A DNA stretch of 63,265 nucleotides, taken from contig DASUQB010000271.1 of assembly GCA_036280835.1 (NCBI GenBank), positions 1 to 63,265 of the forward strand, given 5' to 3'. This DNA comes from Microbacterium sp. (GTDB lineage: Bacteria; Actinomycetota; Actinomycetes; Actinomycetales; Microbacteriaceae). Below are positions 48,577-58,039 of the stretch, piece by piece (position 1 is the stretch's first letter; the number at the start of each line of letters is the position of its first letter). The translations under genes were made by a program, and so were the position numbers. The notes below the pieces were generated by a model. The model had not been told where the DNA came from. It saw nothing but the letters and a program-made list of their open reading frames with translations, and did not search any database.

Positions 48577-50895
48577 ATGCCCGAATTCGCTTCGATGAGC
48601 ACCGCGATGCTGGCCACGGCCATCGCACCGACCCTGCAGCTTCGCCCCCAGGTGCTCACGCGCATAGCCGCCCCGCGCCTGCTCACCCTCTCCGCGATCC
48701 GCCACCTGACCGTGATCGGGCAGGTCGACAACGCCCCGCACGTGCAGTCGGCTCCCGATGGCGTCGAGCGCGCCGTCGCCGGCGAGGACGGCATCCCGTA
48801 CTTCGTGCCCCAGGCCCGCGTCGCCGTGCGTTCCGAGGCGACGCGCGCCCCGCACGTCTTCCTCGAGCGCCGGGGCGGAGAGGTCTTCCTCCAGGTGTGG
48901 TTCGACCTCGTCCGCTTCCCGTCGCTCGCGACGGAGTCCAAGCCCCTGCCCGTGGCCGGCTACACGGTGGCGCTCGTCGGGGCCGACGGGGCGCACCGCA
49001 TCCCCTTCGATCGCTGCGACGACCTGCCCGCGCCCGAGAAGTCGGAGAACGTCGTGTCCCGGCTCTTCTGCGAGACCAAGGTCGACCCCAACGACGCGAT
49101 CGGACTGCTGCAGAGCGCCGGCTCGGTGTTCCGGGTCGAGGGCGATGTCAGCTTCTCGATCAGCCAGCCCGCGCCCGGGGCGACGCCCGGATTCGACCCG
49201 ACCAGCCTTCCGCCGCTGCTCATAGATCCGGTCCGCATCGCACCGCGGGGCCGGATGCGGGTCTTCGCCAAGCCGGTGGAGACGCCCGCGCCGGCCGCTC
49301 CGCTCCTCGCGGCGAGGCTGCAGATCTCGCCCTTCCTCTCGGAGGCCATCCTCGCGACGAGCGTCGCCGACGTCGCGCAGCCCGCACCCGCCGTGGTCTG
49401 GGCGACCCAGACGAAGCGGATGTCGCTCGGCGCAGCCGACAACAGCGGCGTGAACGGCTACTACGAGCCGGGCCTGATGGAGAACCGCGCGATCTACTCG
49501 CAGGTCACGAGCGGCTTCGGGTCGGAGCCGTGGTCCGAGTGGGTGGAATCTCCGAACGGCCGCTTCATGGACTCACCCGTGCCGGACCAGTTCTACGTGC
49601 TCCCCGACGAGTACCGGCTGACGTTCGACGCCGAGACCAGGACGCCCTCGATGATGGTGCTGCTGGTGCCGCCGAAGGCGGGTGCCGAGCCGTCCGGTCC
49701 GGTGTCCTTCGGCGGGGACTACACGCTGCGCACCCGCTTCAGCGTCGTGCCGTGGGTCGACCCCGCGCGCCTGGAGCGGCTGCGCGCAGAGATCGCCACG
49801 CACTCGGGACGGCCCTATCCGGAGCTGCTCGTGGGCGGCATCCGGAGCGCGACGGTGTCGCTTTCCGCGGTGCTGCACGAACTGGGATCGACCGTCGTCG
49901 GATCGACGGATGCCGCGGCCTCCGTCGATCCGCTCGGCTTCGACCTGGTGCTCGACTGCACGAGCGAGTTCTACAGCACACTGTCGCACCTGCTGGTCAC
50001 GGACGGGGTGGATGCCACGGTCACGGCCACGCTCGTCTCGACCGAGACCGACCCGCGGCGGGTAGACGTGCCGACGGTGCTGCGCCTGGACCGGCCGGCG
50101 TCGGATGTGCTCTCGGCGGAGCTCATCCCGGCGCCCCTGCCGGAGGCCCCTCCGGCTCCGCCCGTCGACGCCGCTCCGGTGCCTCCCGTCGATGGCGCAC
50201 CCGCCGATGGCCCCGTCGCCGCGACAGATCCGGTCGCCATGGCCGTGCCTCCGGCTCCCCCGACGCTGCGCGTCTTCAACCCGCTGCCCTACGCGGTGAC
50301 CGTCGCCCGGGCCGTTCCGAGCCTGCTGGTGATGGACGAGTTCGTGTCCGCACCGCTGGGGGCCGTCGCGGCCAAGGCGGAGCCGGAGTCGTTCACGCTG
50401 CCGCCGGCGGGCGCCGACGCGCCATCGTCGATCGACCTGACGCTCATTCCCGAGAGCACCGATCAGCCGCCCGTCTTCGGCCGGGTCGGCGTCGCGTTCA
50501 TCGGGATCGACATCGACATAGATCCGCAGCAGGTGCTGGCGAAGGCGCACGACACCGGCACGTCGGGCACCGTCTCGAGCGCCGTCAACGTGCGCTGCTA
50601 CCAGCTCGAGCACCCCGAGGTGCTCCCGCCCGCCCTCGCCGACGTCTTCGGCCTCGAGGTGCAGCTCCGACGGTCGGAGACGGCCGAGGCCGTCACCGTC
50701 TTCCTCACCCGCGACCAGGCGTCGGCCGACGTGCAGGTCGCATTCACCCTCGGCGACATCATGGCCGGCGCCAAGCCCGAGCAGCCGACCTTCCAGTGGC
50801 GTGCGCGCAACATGGCCGGCGCCGGGAACGGCGCGTGGTCCGAATGGGCCGCCATCACGGGCCGTCAGCTCTTCGTCTCCCCGAACGGGGTGTGA
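48577..50895 (+). CDS. Hypothetical protein, divergent operon paralog B
   Basis: RBS AGGAGG; internal PDQFYVLPDEYRL...TPSMM resembles the family N-terminal motif; Pro-rich linkers. Confidence 0.8.
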   Translation: MPEFASMSTAMLATAIAPTLQLRPQVLTRIAAPRLLTLSAIRHLTVIGQVDNAPHVQSAPDGVERAVAGEDGIPYFVPQARVAVRSEATRAPHVFLERRGGEVFLQVWFDLVRFPSLATESKPLPVAGYTVALVGADGAHRIPFDRCDDLPAPEKSENVVSRLFCETKVDPNDAIGLLQSAGSVFRVEGDVSFSISQPAPGATPGFDPTSLPPLLIDPVRIAPRGRMRVFAKPVETPAPAAPLLAARLQISPFLSEAILATSVADVAQPAPAVVWATQTKRMSLGAADNSGVNGYYEPGLMENRAIYSQVTSGFGSEPWSEWVESPNGRFMDSPVPDQFYVLPDEYRLTFDAETRTPSMMVLLVPPKAGAEPSGPVSFGGDYTLRTRFSVVPWVDPARLERLRAEIATHSGRPYPELLVGGIRSATVSLSAVLHELGSTVVGSTDAAASVDPLGFDLVLDCTSEFYSTLSHLLVTDGVDATVTATLVSTETDPRRVDVPTVLRLDRPASDVLSAELIPAPLPEAPPAPPVDAAPVPPVDGAPADGPVAATDPVAMAVPPAPPTLRVFNPLPYAVTVARAVPSLLVMDEFVSAPLGAVAAKAEPESFTLPPAGADAPSSIDLTLIPESTDQPPVFGRVGVAFIGIDIDIDPQQVLAKAHDTGTSGTVSSAVNVRCYQLEHPEVLPPALADVFGLEVQLRRSETAEAVTVFLTRDQASADVQVAFTLGDIMAGAKPEQPTFQWRARNMAGAGNGAWSEWAAITGRQLFVSPNGV

Positions 50896-50899
50896 CGCC

Positions 50900-51445
50900 G
50901 TGATCGCCTCGCCGGATCGAATCGTCTCCCACGGCGTCACGGCCGCGCGCATCGAGGGTGCCCGCTGGCGCTACGCCTCGCTCGCCCCCTGGCCGCAGAC
51001 GACCCCCGCCGGCGACCCGCTGATCTCCCTCATCGAGGCCGGCGGCTTCGCCCTGGCGCAGCTGTCCGTGCAGCTCGACCCTCCCGCCGCTGAGCTGGAA
51101 GCGCTCAGGACGGTGCTGCGCGGGGACGACGAGGGAGCGGCGCCCGTCATCCTCGAACCCGCCGTATCGGCCGTCACCGACATCCGGATCATCGCCCAGC
51201 CGGGCGGCGACGAGCGCGTCCTCGCGACCTCGCGCGGGAGCGGCTTCCCGCCGTACACCGCCGCGTTCTCTCTGCCGCTCGCCGGCCGTGATCTCGAGGT
51301 CGTGAAGGGGGCGCTCAGCGGGACGGAGCGGCTGATCGACGTGCGCTTCACCGTGCACGTCGACGGCACCGAGACCATCCGATCATCCGATCTCGCCGCG
51401 TGGGTGCGCGGCGAAGAGTCCCCACAGGAGGACCAGCCATGTTGA
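50900..51445 (+). CDS. Hypothetical protein C, stand-alone copy of the family N-terminal domain
   Basis: GTG start 4 nt after gene B; GDPLISL..GG, SGFPPYTAAFSLPL and GALSG..IDVRF align with the paralog cores. Confidence 0.72.
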   Translation: MIASPDRIVSHGVTAARIEGARWRYASLAPWPQTTPAGDPLISLIEAGGFALAQLSVQLDPPAAELEALRTVLRGDDEGAAPVILEPAVSAVTDIRIIAQPGGDERVLATSRGSGFPPYTAAFSLPLAGRDLEVVKGALSGTERLIDVRFTVHVDGTETIRSSDLAAWVRGEESPQEDQPC

Positions 51446-53913
51446 AGATCAGCAAGCAGTGGATCATCGAGGGGGTCACCGTCTTCGGCGACGACGCGTT
51501 CGACGACGTCTTCTACCCGATCCCCGAGACGCCGCGGTTCCGCACCGACGACAACGGCGCTCCGGTGTTCAAGTTCCTGAAGTACCGCACCCCGATCGAC
51601 CGGGAGGACGGCAGGCGCGGCGGCGGATTCGTGTTCTTCGACACGGAGTTCACGTTCACTCCCGCGGAGCTCGACAAGGTCAAGACCGCCCTCGACGCCC
51701 TCGTGCAGGAGTCTGCCCGCAAGCCGGACTTCCGGGCGTCGGTCCCTGGGTCGGCAGAGGCGCGGATCGGCACGATGACGTACACGCGGGGCACCGCCGG
51801 CCTGCTGCTCAAGGAGGACGGCGGAACGCTCATCGAGGCGGTGCGCGGAGCCGGCAAGCCGTCCCTGTTCGGCCGCAACATCTCGGCGTTCATGGTGGAG
51901 TTCTCGCCCGAGGGCGCAACCCTCTTCGAGCAGGCGCTGCAGGGCAAGGGAGGAGCGGTGCAGGTCGTCTACGACCTCTCGTTCGTCGCGAAGCTGCCCG
52001 AGACCACGGCGCGGGCTTGGTTCGAGGCGGAGAAGTTCTACTCCTACGAGCAGACCATCGACATCGACTGGGAGGTCTACGGCAGCGACGAGTACGTCGA
52101 CAAGATCACGGAGGAGTTCGAAGCCAACGAGACGATGGGCGTGGAGCTCGACGTCCAGCACGTCATCCCGGGCGATCCGGAGGGCACCGAGAAGCTCAAG
52201 CAGAAGATCCAGTCCATGATGGAGCGCTCGCTCCAGGACGCGGTGCTGCGGCTGATGATCCCCGACATCGAGGCGCTGGCGAAGGACGACCGGGGGATGC
52301 CGGAGGACATCGAGCACCTGAAGCGGTCGTTCGAGACCACCCGTGTGGCGTCGTTCGAGCAGGAGTATCGCGAGAACTCGGCGATCGAGTGGAACATCGT
52401 CCCGCAGGGCACCCTGCCGAACATCACGAACATGGTGGACGGCGACGGGAATCCCGTGCTCTGGGCCGACCACGCCACGGAGGTCGATCTCAACGACCCG
52501 TTCTTCCAGACGCTTCACGTGAAGGTCGGGGTGAACGCCGACTTCGCGGCGCTCCCGATCCACTCGATCGAGGTGAAGCTCGAGTACAAGCACGGCGGCC
52601 AGCACAAGGTCGAGGAGTACGCGTTCGCCACCGCCGACGACGTGGCCGACTTCGAGACCTTCATCGACGCCGGGCACAAGGAGTACTCCTACGTCTACCA
52701 GGTCAACTACATCGGATCGTCGAAGGCGTTCGTCTCGGCGCCGGCGACGACGAACGACACCGTGCTGACCGTGAACGTCGACGACATGGGCCTGCTCGAT
52801 GTCGACGTGCAGGCCGGAGACATCGACTTCACCAAGGTCAGCTCCGCGCAGGTGACGGTGCGCTACCAGGACACCGGCGTCGAGAAGTTCGAGGAGCAGT
52901 TCGCGCTGACGCAGGCGTCGACATCCCACCGGGTGCAGCACGTGCTCTACCAGCCCCGGCGCGCCCCGGTGCACTACCAGGTGGAGTACTTCCTGGCCGA
53001 CGGCCGCCGCATCCTGACCCCCGAGCAGTCGACGGAGCGCACGCCGATCCTCATCAACGACCCGCTCGGACGCACCCGGAAGTTCGAGGTGCGCGGTGTC
53101 GGCGACTTCGCCAACCGCATCGAGCAGATCTTCCTCGACCTCGTCTACGACGACCCGGCGAACGACTACAGCGTCGAGCAGTCGGTGGTGCTGACCGCCG
53201 GCAGCGAGGCCGTCTCGCAGCCCTTCGCCGTGCTCGGCGACGGCGGCGGCACTGTCCGGTACAGCGGCTCGATCAGGTACAAGGACGGCACCGTCAAGGC
53301 GATCGCACCCGCCGAGGCGACCGGCACGATCATGGTGGGCGACGTCGTGTCGTCGAAGCTCGACGTGCTCGTCGTGCCCGACCTCGTCGACTGGACGCAG
53401 GTGCGCCTGGTGCAGGTCGCGCTCCGGCACGGTCCCGACTCGAGCGGACACGCCAGGGACCTGATCTTCTCGCCGCAGCAGAAGGCCGCCGAGCGATGGC
53501 AGCTTCCCCTCCAGGACGGCGAGGACGCGAGCTATCGGTGGAGCGCCGTCTACTTCATGGCCGACGGCACGTCTCACACGACGGAGCCGGTCGCGTCGAC
53601 CGCGCCGTCGCTCGTGCTGCAGCCGCCGTCGGCCCTCAGCCCGGTGCCCGCGCCGGTGGTCGCGCCGTCGCCCGTGCCGACACCCACGCCGACCCCGGCT
53701 CCGCTCGCCGCGCCCACCCCGGTCCCGACGCCGACACCCACCCCGGTCCCGGCACCGACACCGGTCCCGGCACCGGCCACCCCGGCACCCGTCCCGGCGC
53801 CGACGCCCGCGCCGATCCCCGGCGGCACGCCGCCCCCGCCGCCCGTCCCCGGCGGCACCCCGCCTCCCCCGCCCGTCCCCGGAGGCACGCCGCCTCCGCC
53901 GCCCGTCCGCTGA
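51439..53913 (+). CDS. Hypothetical protein, operon paralog D with Pro/Thr-rich tail
   Basis: RBS AGGAGG; GVTVFGDD..FYPIP, GGGFVFF, KPSLFGRNISAF, EGATL and EVDLNDPFF. Confidence 0.87.
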   Translation: MLKISKQWIIEGVTVFGDDAFDDVFYPIPETPRFRTDDNGAPVFKFLKYRTPIDREDGRRGGGFVFFDTEFTFTPAELDKVKTALDALVQESARKPDFRASVPGSAEARIGTMTYTRGTAGLLLKEDGGTLIEAVRGAGKPSLFGRNISAFMVEFSPEGATLFEQALQGKGGAVQVVYDLSFVAKLPETTARAWFEAEKFYSYEQTIDIDWEVYGSDEYVDKITEEFEANETMGVELDVQHVIPGDPEGTEKLKQKIQSMMERSLQDAVLRLMIPDIEALAKDDRGMPEDIEHLKRSFETTRVASFEQEYRENSAIEWNIVPQGTLPNITNMVDGDGNPVLWADHATEVDLNDPFFQTLHVKVGVNADFAALPIHSIEVKLEYKHGGQHKVEEYAFATADDVADFETFIDAGHKEYSYVYQVNYIGSSKAFVSAPATTNDTVLTVNVDDMGLLDVDVQAGDIDFTKVSSAQVTVRYQDTGVEKFEEQFALTQASTSHRVQHVLYQPRRAPVHYQVEYFLADGRRILTPEQSTERTPILINDPLGRTRKFEVRGVGDFANRIEQIFLDLVYDDPANDYSVEQSVVLTAGSEAVSQPFAVLGDGGGTVRYSGSIRYKDGTVKAIAPAEATGTIMVGDVVSSKLDVLVVPDLVDWTQVRLVQVALRHGPDSSGHARDLIFSPQQKAAERWQLPLQDGEDASYRWSAVYFMADGTSHTTEPVASTAPSLVLQPPSALSPVPAPVVAPSPVPTPTPTPAPLAAPTPVPTPTPTPVPAPTPVPAPATPAPVPAPTPAPIPGGTPPPPPVPGGTPPPPPVPGGTPPPPPVR
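53818..53907 (+). repeat. 3 x 30-bp coding tandem repeat (PGGTPPPPPV)
   Basis: Directly visible at the 3' end of paralog D. Confidence 0.85.
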
Positions 53914-53951
53914 CCTCTCGACGATCCCGACACGAACAAGCGAGGACTCCG

Positions 53952-56246
53952 ATGCTCTATCTCAACCCGCCGTACTACGTGATCGACGGCGTCTCGCTGA
54001 TGCCCGATCACGAGGATCCCGAGCAGTTCTACTTCATGCCGATGTCACCGCACCTGAGCGTGATGGAGGAGGGCGATCTGCGCATCCCGCAGATCCAGGT
54101 CATCAAGTTCACCGGCCGCCCCACCCCCGAGAGCGATGTGATCTCCGGCGGGTTCCTCGACTTCGACTGCAACCTCGGGATCGACCCGGAGCGCCTCACC
54201 GCGATCGCGGAGCAGCTGCGGGCGGAGGCCGGCCTTTCCGGGCTGCCGCGCCTGACCCCCGTGCCGCTCATCGGCGGCACGGTGCGGATGATGCTGTTCG
54301 GCGCAGAGACCCCGAAGGAGGAGACCGGGCTTCCCGGCCGCCGCGAGGAGGAGGAGATCGCGGGGCCGAAGTTCGTGCAGAAGATCGTGCACCCCGCCTC
54401 CCCCTCCCTCTACGGCGACAATCAGGCCGCCTTCTCGGTGCGCCTCGACCAGGAGGGCGTCACGATCCTCGACCAGGCGATGGGCGCCGAGATGCTGCCG
54501 ATCGGCGTCGTGTACTCCCTCGAGTACGTCGGCCTCCGTCCTGCCTACAAGGTCGTCGTCACGGCTGAATGGGATCGGGTGCAGAAGCACTTCGAAGAGA
54601 CCGAGTCCGTCAACGTGCCGCTCATCGCGTCGTCCACGATCGAGAAGGTCATCGATGAGCTCGTCGAGAACCAGGTGATCTCCATCGACGCCGAGAGCCT
54701 GGTCGCCGACGAGGACGACACGGGCGGGGCGAAGGCCCGCTACGACGCCGCGCTCGCACAGGTGAAGGAGCTCGTCTTCGAGAACTTCTTCACCCCGAGC
54801 CTCGAGCCGATCGAGCGCCAGACCGGCGACACGATCGACGACTTCGGCCGCGTCCTCCGGACGATCGCGACGAGCGGCGCCACGTCGGTGTGGGAGCGCA
54901 AGGAGGTCGACATCACGCGGATCGACCGAAAGAAGCTCAACATCGAGATGACCGAGCGCACATCGGTCATCCGCGAGATCCATCCGCAGGGCCACTTGCA
55001 GGGCATCGTGCGCGCCGTCGAGGCCCAGGGCCTCGACATGAAGCGGTTCATCACCTCCGTCTCGCTCGAGGACCCCTTCTTCGCCCGGCGCACCGTGCGC
55101 GTCATCCCCCGCGCCGACTTCGCCACCGACCAGATCGAGTCGATCAACGTCTCGCTCGACTACGACGGCGCCGTGAAGAACGTCGTCCTCGACGCGGCGG
55201 CGGAGGAGCAGACCGTCGAATGGCAGAGCTCGCTGGAGGGCGGCCGCATGCGCGCACCCGTCGACGTGTCCTACGAGGTGCTGTTCTCCAGCGCCGCCAC
55301 GGGTCGCCCCCGCCGGATCGAGGCGTCGATCGGCGCCGTCGACGGCGACGTGGTGCAGATCGCCCCCAGGGACGGCGCGGGCTACGAGCTTCGGTGGATC
55401 AGCTTCACCGTCGTCGACTTCCCGTGGGACCTCTACCGGTCGATCGAGGTGCACTGCACCTACCTCGACGAGGAGAACGGCATCCACATCACGAACCACT
55501 ACGGGCTCACGGCGGAGCAGAACGGCGGGGCCTGGCCGGTGTTCGCTCTCGACCCGGCGAAGCGGACGGTGGGCTACCGCCTCATCCTGCACGGCGTCGA
55601 CGGCCGCGACTGGGACAGCGGCGACCTGACCACCGACACCGACCAGATCCGGATCACCGATCCGTTCGGCAGCAGGCGGGTGGTGGATGTCGTCGCGCCG
55701 GCGTCTCTGTTCGGCACGCAGCTCGACCGGGTCTTCGTCGACGTGCGATACGACGACGAGGAGAACGGCATCCACAAGCGGGAGTCGTTCGAGCTCAGCG
55801 CCGCCGACACCGCCACCAAGCGATTCACGGTCGAGCTCGCGGACCAGACGAAGCGCCGCGTCACGTTCAAGGTGTCGATGCTGCGCATCGACGGCATCGT
55901 CATCGACATCCCCGAATCGACCACGGAGCTCGAGCGGATCATCGTCACCCCGCAGATGCGGGGACACCGCACGGTGACCGTGACAGCCGACGGGGTCGAC
56001 TTCGTCGGCAGCGGCATCCGCGAGGCGACCGTCGAGCTGCTGTACGAGCGGGTGGAGCTCGGCCTGCGGCTCGCCGGCACGGTCACCCTCACGCCCGATC
56101 GCACCGCGGGCACGTTCGAGTACGACTTCGCAGAAGGCGACCCGGACTTCACCTACCGCGTCATCCACACCCTCGAGAACGGGCTCACGCGTCAGAGCGC
56201 CACCCGCACCTCGAGTTCCGACCGCGTTCTCGCGACGGTCGACTGA
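53952..56246 (+). CDS. Hypothetical protein, operon paralog E
   Basis: RBS GAGGA; GVSLMPDH..FYFMP, GGFLDF, PSLYGDNQAAFS, EGVTIL and SLEDPFF. Confidence 0.87.
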   Translation: MLYLNPPYYVIDGVSLMPDHEDPEQFYFMPMSPHLSVMEEGDLRIPQIQVIKFTGRPTPESDVISGGFLDFDCNLGIDPERLTAIAEQLRAEAGLSGLPRLTPVPLIGGTVRMMLFGAETPKEETGLPGRREEEEIAGPKFVQKIVHPASPSLYGDNQAAFSVRLDQEGVTILDQAMGAEMLPIGVVYSLEYVGLRPAYKVVVTAEWDRVQKHFEETESVNVPLIASSTIEKVIDELVENQVISIDAESLVADEDDTGGAKARYDAALAQVKELVFENFFTPSLEPIERQTGDTIDDFGRVLRTIATSGATSVWERKEVDITRIDRKKLNIEMTERTSVIREIHPQGHLQGIVRAVEAQGLDMKRFITSVSLEDPFFARRTVRVIPRADFATDQIESINVSLDYDGAVKNVVLDAAAEEQTVEWQSSLEGGRMRAPVDVSYEVLFSSAATGRPRRIEASIGAVDGDVVQIAPRDGAGYELRWISFTVVDFPWDLYRSIEVHCTYLDEENGIHITNHYGLTAEQNGGAWPVFALDPAKRTVGYRLILHGVDGRDWDSGDLTTDTDQIRITDPFGSRRVVDVVAPASLFGTQLDRVFVDVRYDDEENGIHKRESFELSAADTATKRFTVELADQTKRRVTFKVSMLRIDGIVIDIPESTTELERIIVTPQMRGHRTVTVTADGVDFVGSGIREATVELLYERVELGLRLAGTVTLTPDRTAGTFEYDFAEGDPDFTYRVIHTLENGLTRQSATRTSSSDRVLATVD

Positions 56247-56266
56247 GCAGGATCAAGGGAGTCGTC

Positions 56267-58039
56267 ATGTTGCAGCTCGGCACGGGGATGCAGACCATCC
56301 AGGGAGTCACCGTCTTCCCGGACCACGCGGACGAGGAGCAGTACTGGTACCTTCCCGCGCACCTCTCCATCGCGCGGCGACCGGAGGATGACTGGCCCCA
56401 GTTCACGTTCATGAAGTTCAAGCGCGAGGCGACCAGCGAGGGCGTCGAGGGCGGCGGATTCCTGATGTTCACGGTCGAGCTGACCCTGCCGGAGAAGGTC
56501 GAGGCGGAGATCCGCTCCAAGATCCCCTCGAACGCCCGCCTGAGCGCCGTCCCCTTCGACTCCGGCACCGTCGAGTGCATCGCGCTCAACCTGCAGGGAC
56601 CGGGGGGCACGACGGCCACCGTCAGCGATGTCGGCAGCTTCGTCGCCGTGCAGACGATCCTCGGCGCGCGCGTGCCCTCGCTCTTCGGCGACAACCAGGC
56701 GGTGTTCAGCCTCGCCCTCAGCGCCGAGGGAGCGACCCTGCTCGAATCGGCCTTCGCGCAGGGCGCCGCTCCCATCGGCGTGATCTACCAGCTGACCTTC
56801 ACCGCGATGCAGCCGGCTCTCGACGTGCGGATCACCGCCGACTTCGAGCGCATCTACAAGCACTTCAGCGCCGGGATCAACGCGAACGTCTACTACGTCG
56901 AGGTGGGCATCGAGGTCGGGCTGGAAGAGCTCGTCCAGAACGGCGCCATCACGATCGAGGTCACCAACTACTCGACCGCAGAGGACAAGTCCGACCAGGA
57001 GCAGGCGGCGATCGACTTCTTCAAGCAGCACCTGCTGCAGGCGTGGTTCACCCCGACGCTCACACCGGGAACGCTGCAGGGCGGGATGGCGACGGCGCCG
57101 CGCGCCGGCGGCGGAGCCGGGCTCTTCGGCCCGGCACGGACGGGCGCCGCCGAGACGAAACCCCCGGGTACCGGCACCGGAGCGCGGCCGCCAGGGGGCA
57201 CCGGGGGCCAGACGCCCCCGACCCCGCCGCCTCCTCCGGGCGGCGGGGCCCGGCCGCCGACACCGCCGCCGGGTGGCGCACCCGGCCGGCCCGCCGCGCC
57301 TCCCGCCGGAGGTCCCACGGGTCAAACCGGCCCGGCCGGGGGGACTCCGGCTCCGCCCGTCCCCGGGGGCACGACCGGTCAGCCGGCTCCCCCACCCGCC
57401 GGCGGGACCCCGGCTCCGCCGGCCCCCGGAGGCACGACCGGTCAGCCGGCCCCGACGCCGGGCGGCGGAGGCACTCCGCCGCCGAGCGGCCCCTCGGCGG
57501 CGACCCGGGACCTCTTCGTGCACTTCGTCGAGGAGGGCGGCACGGCGGGCGTGCACGGCGTGTACACCGTGAGCTACGAGGCCGGCGGGGTGCAGCACGA
57601 CATCTCGACGCCGCCGGGTTCCGCGAGCCAGGTGCACGTCCAGGTGCCGGGCGACTGGACCGCCGGAGGCCTCGCGGCGACGGCATCCACTCTGCCGGAG
57701 CTGACGATGGCGGATGCCGACCAGCTGCGCCGCCACGTGACGTCGGGCGAAGGGATCCTCGCCTCGGGCCAGCGCGAGGCGCCGCTGGGCATGGCGATCG
57801 GCACGATCGCCGTCCCACCCGGCACCGGTGACCTCTCCGCCACGGTGCGGCTGCCGGTCACCAGGACGACGGTGACGGCATCCTCCCCCGATGCGCTCGT
57901 GGCCGCGGTGTTCCCCGGCGGCCGGCTGGTGCAGCCCGGCATCTACGACTGCCGCCGCGTCGGCGCCACCCACACGTTCGAACTGATCACGCCCGGATGG
58001 CCGGGCTCCTTCGAGACACCCTCAGGAGGTGCGCAATGA
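56267..58039 (+). CDS. Hypothetical protein F: N-terminal half of a paralog, a G/P/T linker and an extra ~180-aa domain
   Basis: RBS AAGGGAG; GVTVFPDH..YWYLP, GGGFLMF, PSLFGDNQAVFS, EGATLL and WFTPTL. Confidence 0.85.
   Translation: MLQLGTGMQTIQGVTVFPDHADEEQYWYLPAHLSIARRPEDDWPQFTFMKFKREATSEGVEGGGFLMFTVELTLPEKVEAEIRSKIPSNARLSAVPFDSGTVECIALNLQGPGGTTATVSDVGSFVAVQTILGARVPSLFGDNQAVFSLALSAEGATLLESAFAQGAAPIGVIYQLTFTAMQPALDVRITADFERIYKHFSAGINANVYYVEVGIEVGLEELVQNGAITIEVTNYSTAEDKSDQEQAAIDFFKQHLLQAWFTPTLTPGTLQGGMATAPRAGGGAGLFGPARTGAAETKPPGTGTGARPPGGTGGQTPPTPPPPPGGGARPPTPPPGGAPGRPAAPPAGGPTGQTGPAGGTPAPPVPGGTTGQPAPPPAGGTPAPPAPGGTTGQPAPTPGGGGTPPPSGPSAATRDLFVHFVEEGGTAGVHGVYTVSYEAGGVQHDISTPPGSASQVHVQVPGDWTAGGLAATASTLPELTMADADQLRRHVTSGEGILASGQREAPLGMAIGTIAVPPGTGDLSATVRLPVTRTTVTASSPDALVAAVFPGGRLVQPGIYDCRRVGATHTFELITPGWPGSFETPSGGAQ

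Noticed and set aside
51459-56246. 1595-aa ORF as one giant protein
   Set aside because: The first ~830 codons are an Arg-rich off-frame shadow of gene D; the real start is ATG 53952 with its own RBS and the family N-terminal motif
54890-58039. 1049-aa ORF
   Set aside because: The N-terminal part overlaps gene E out of frame; the real start is 56267
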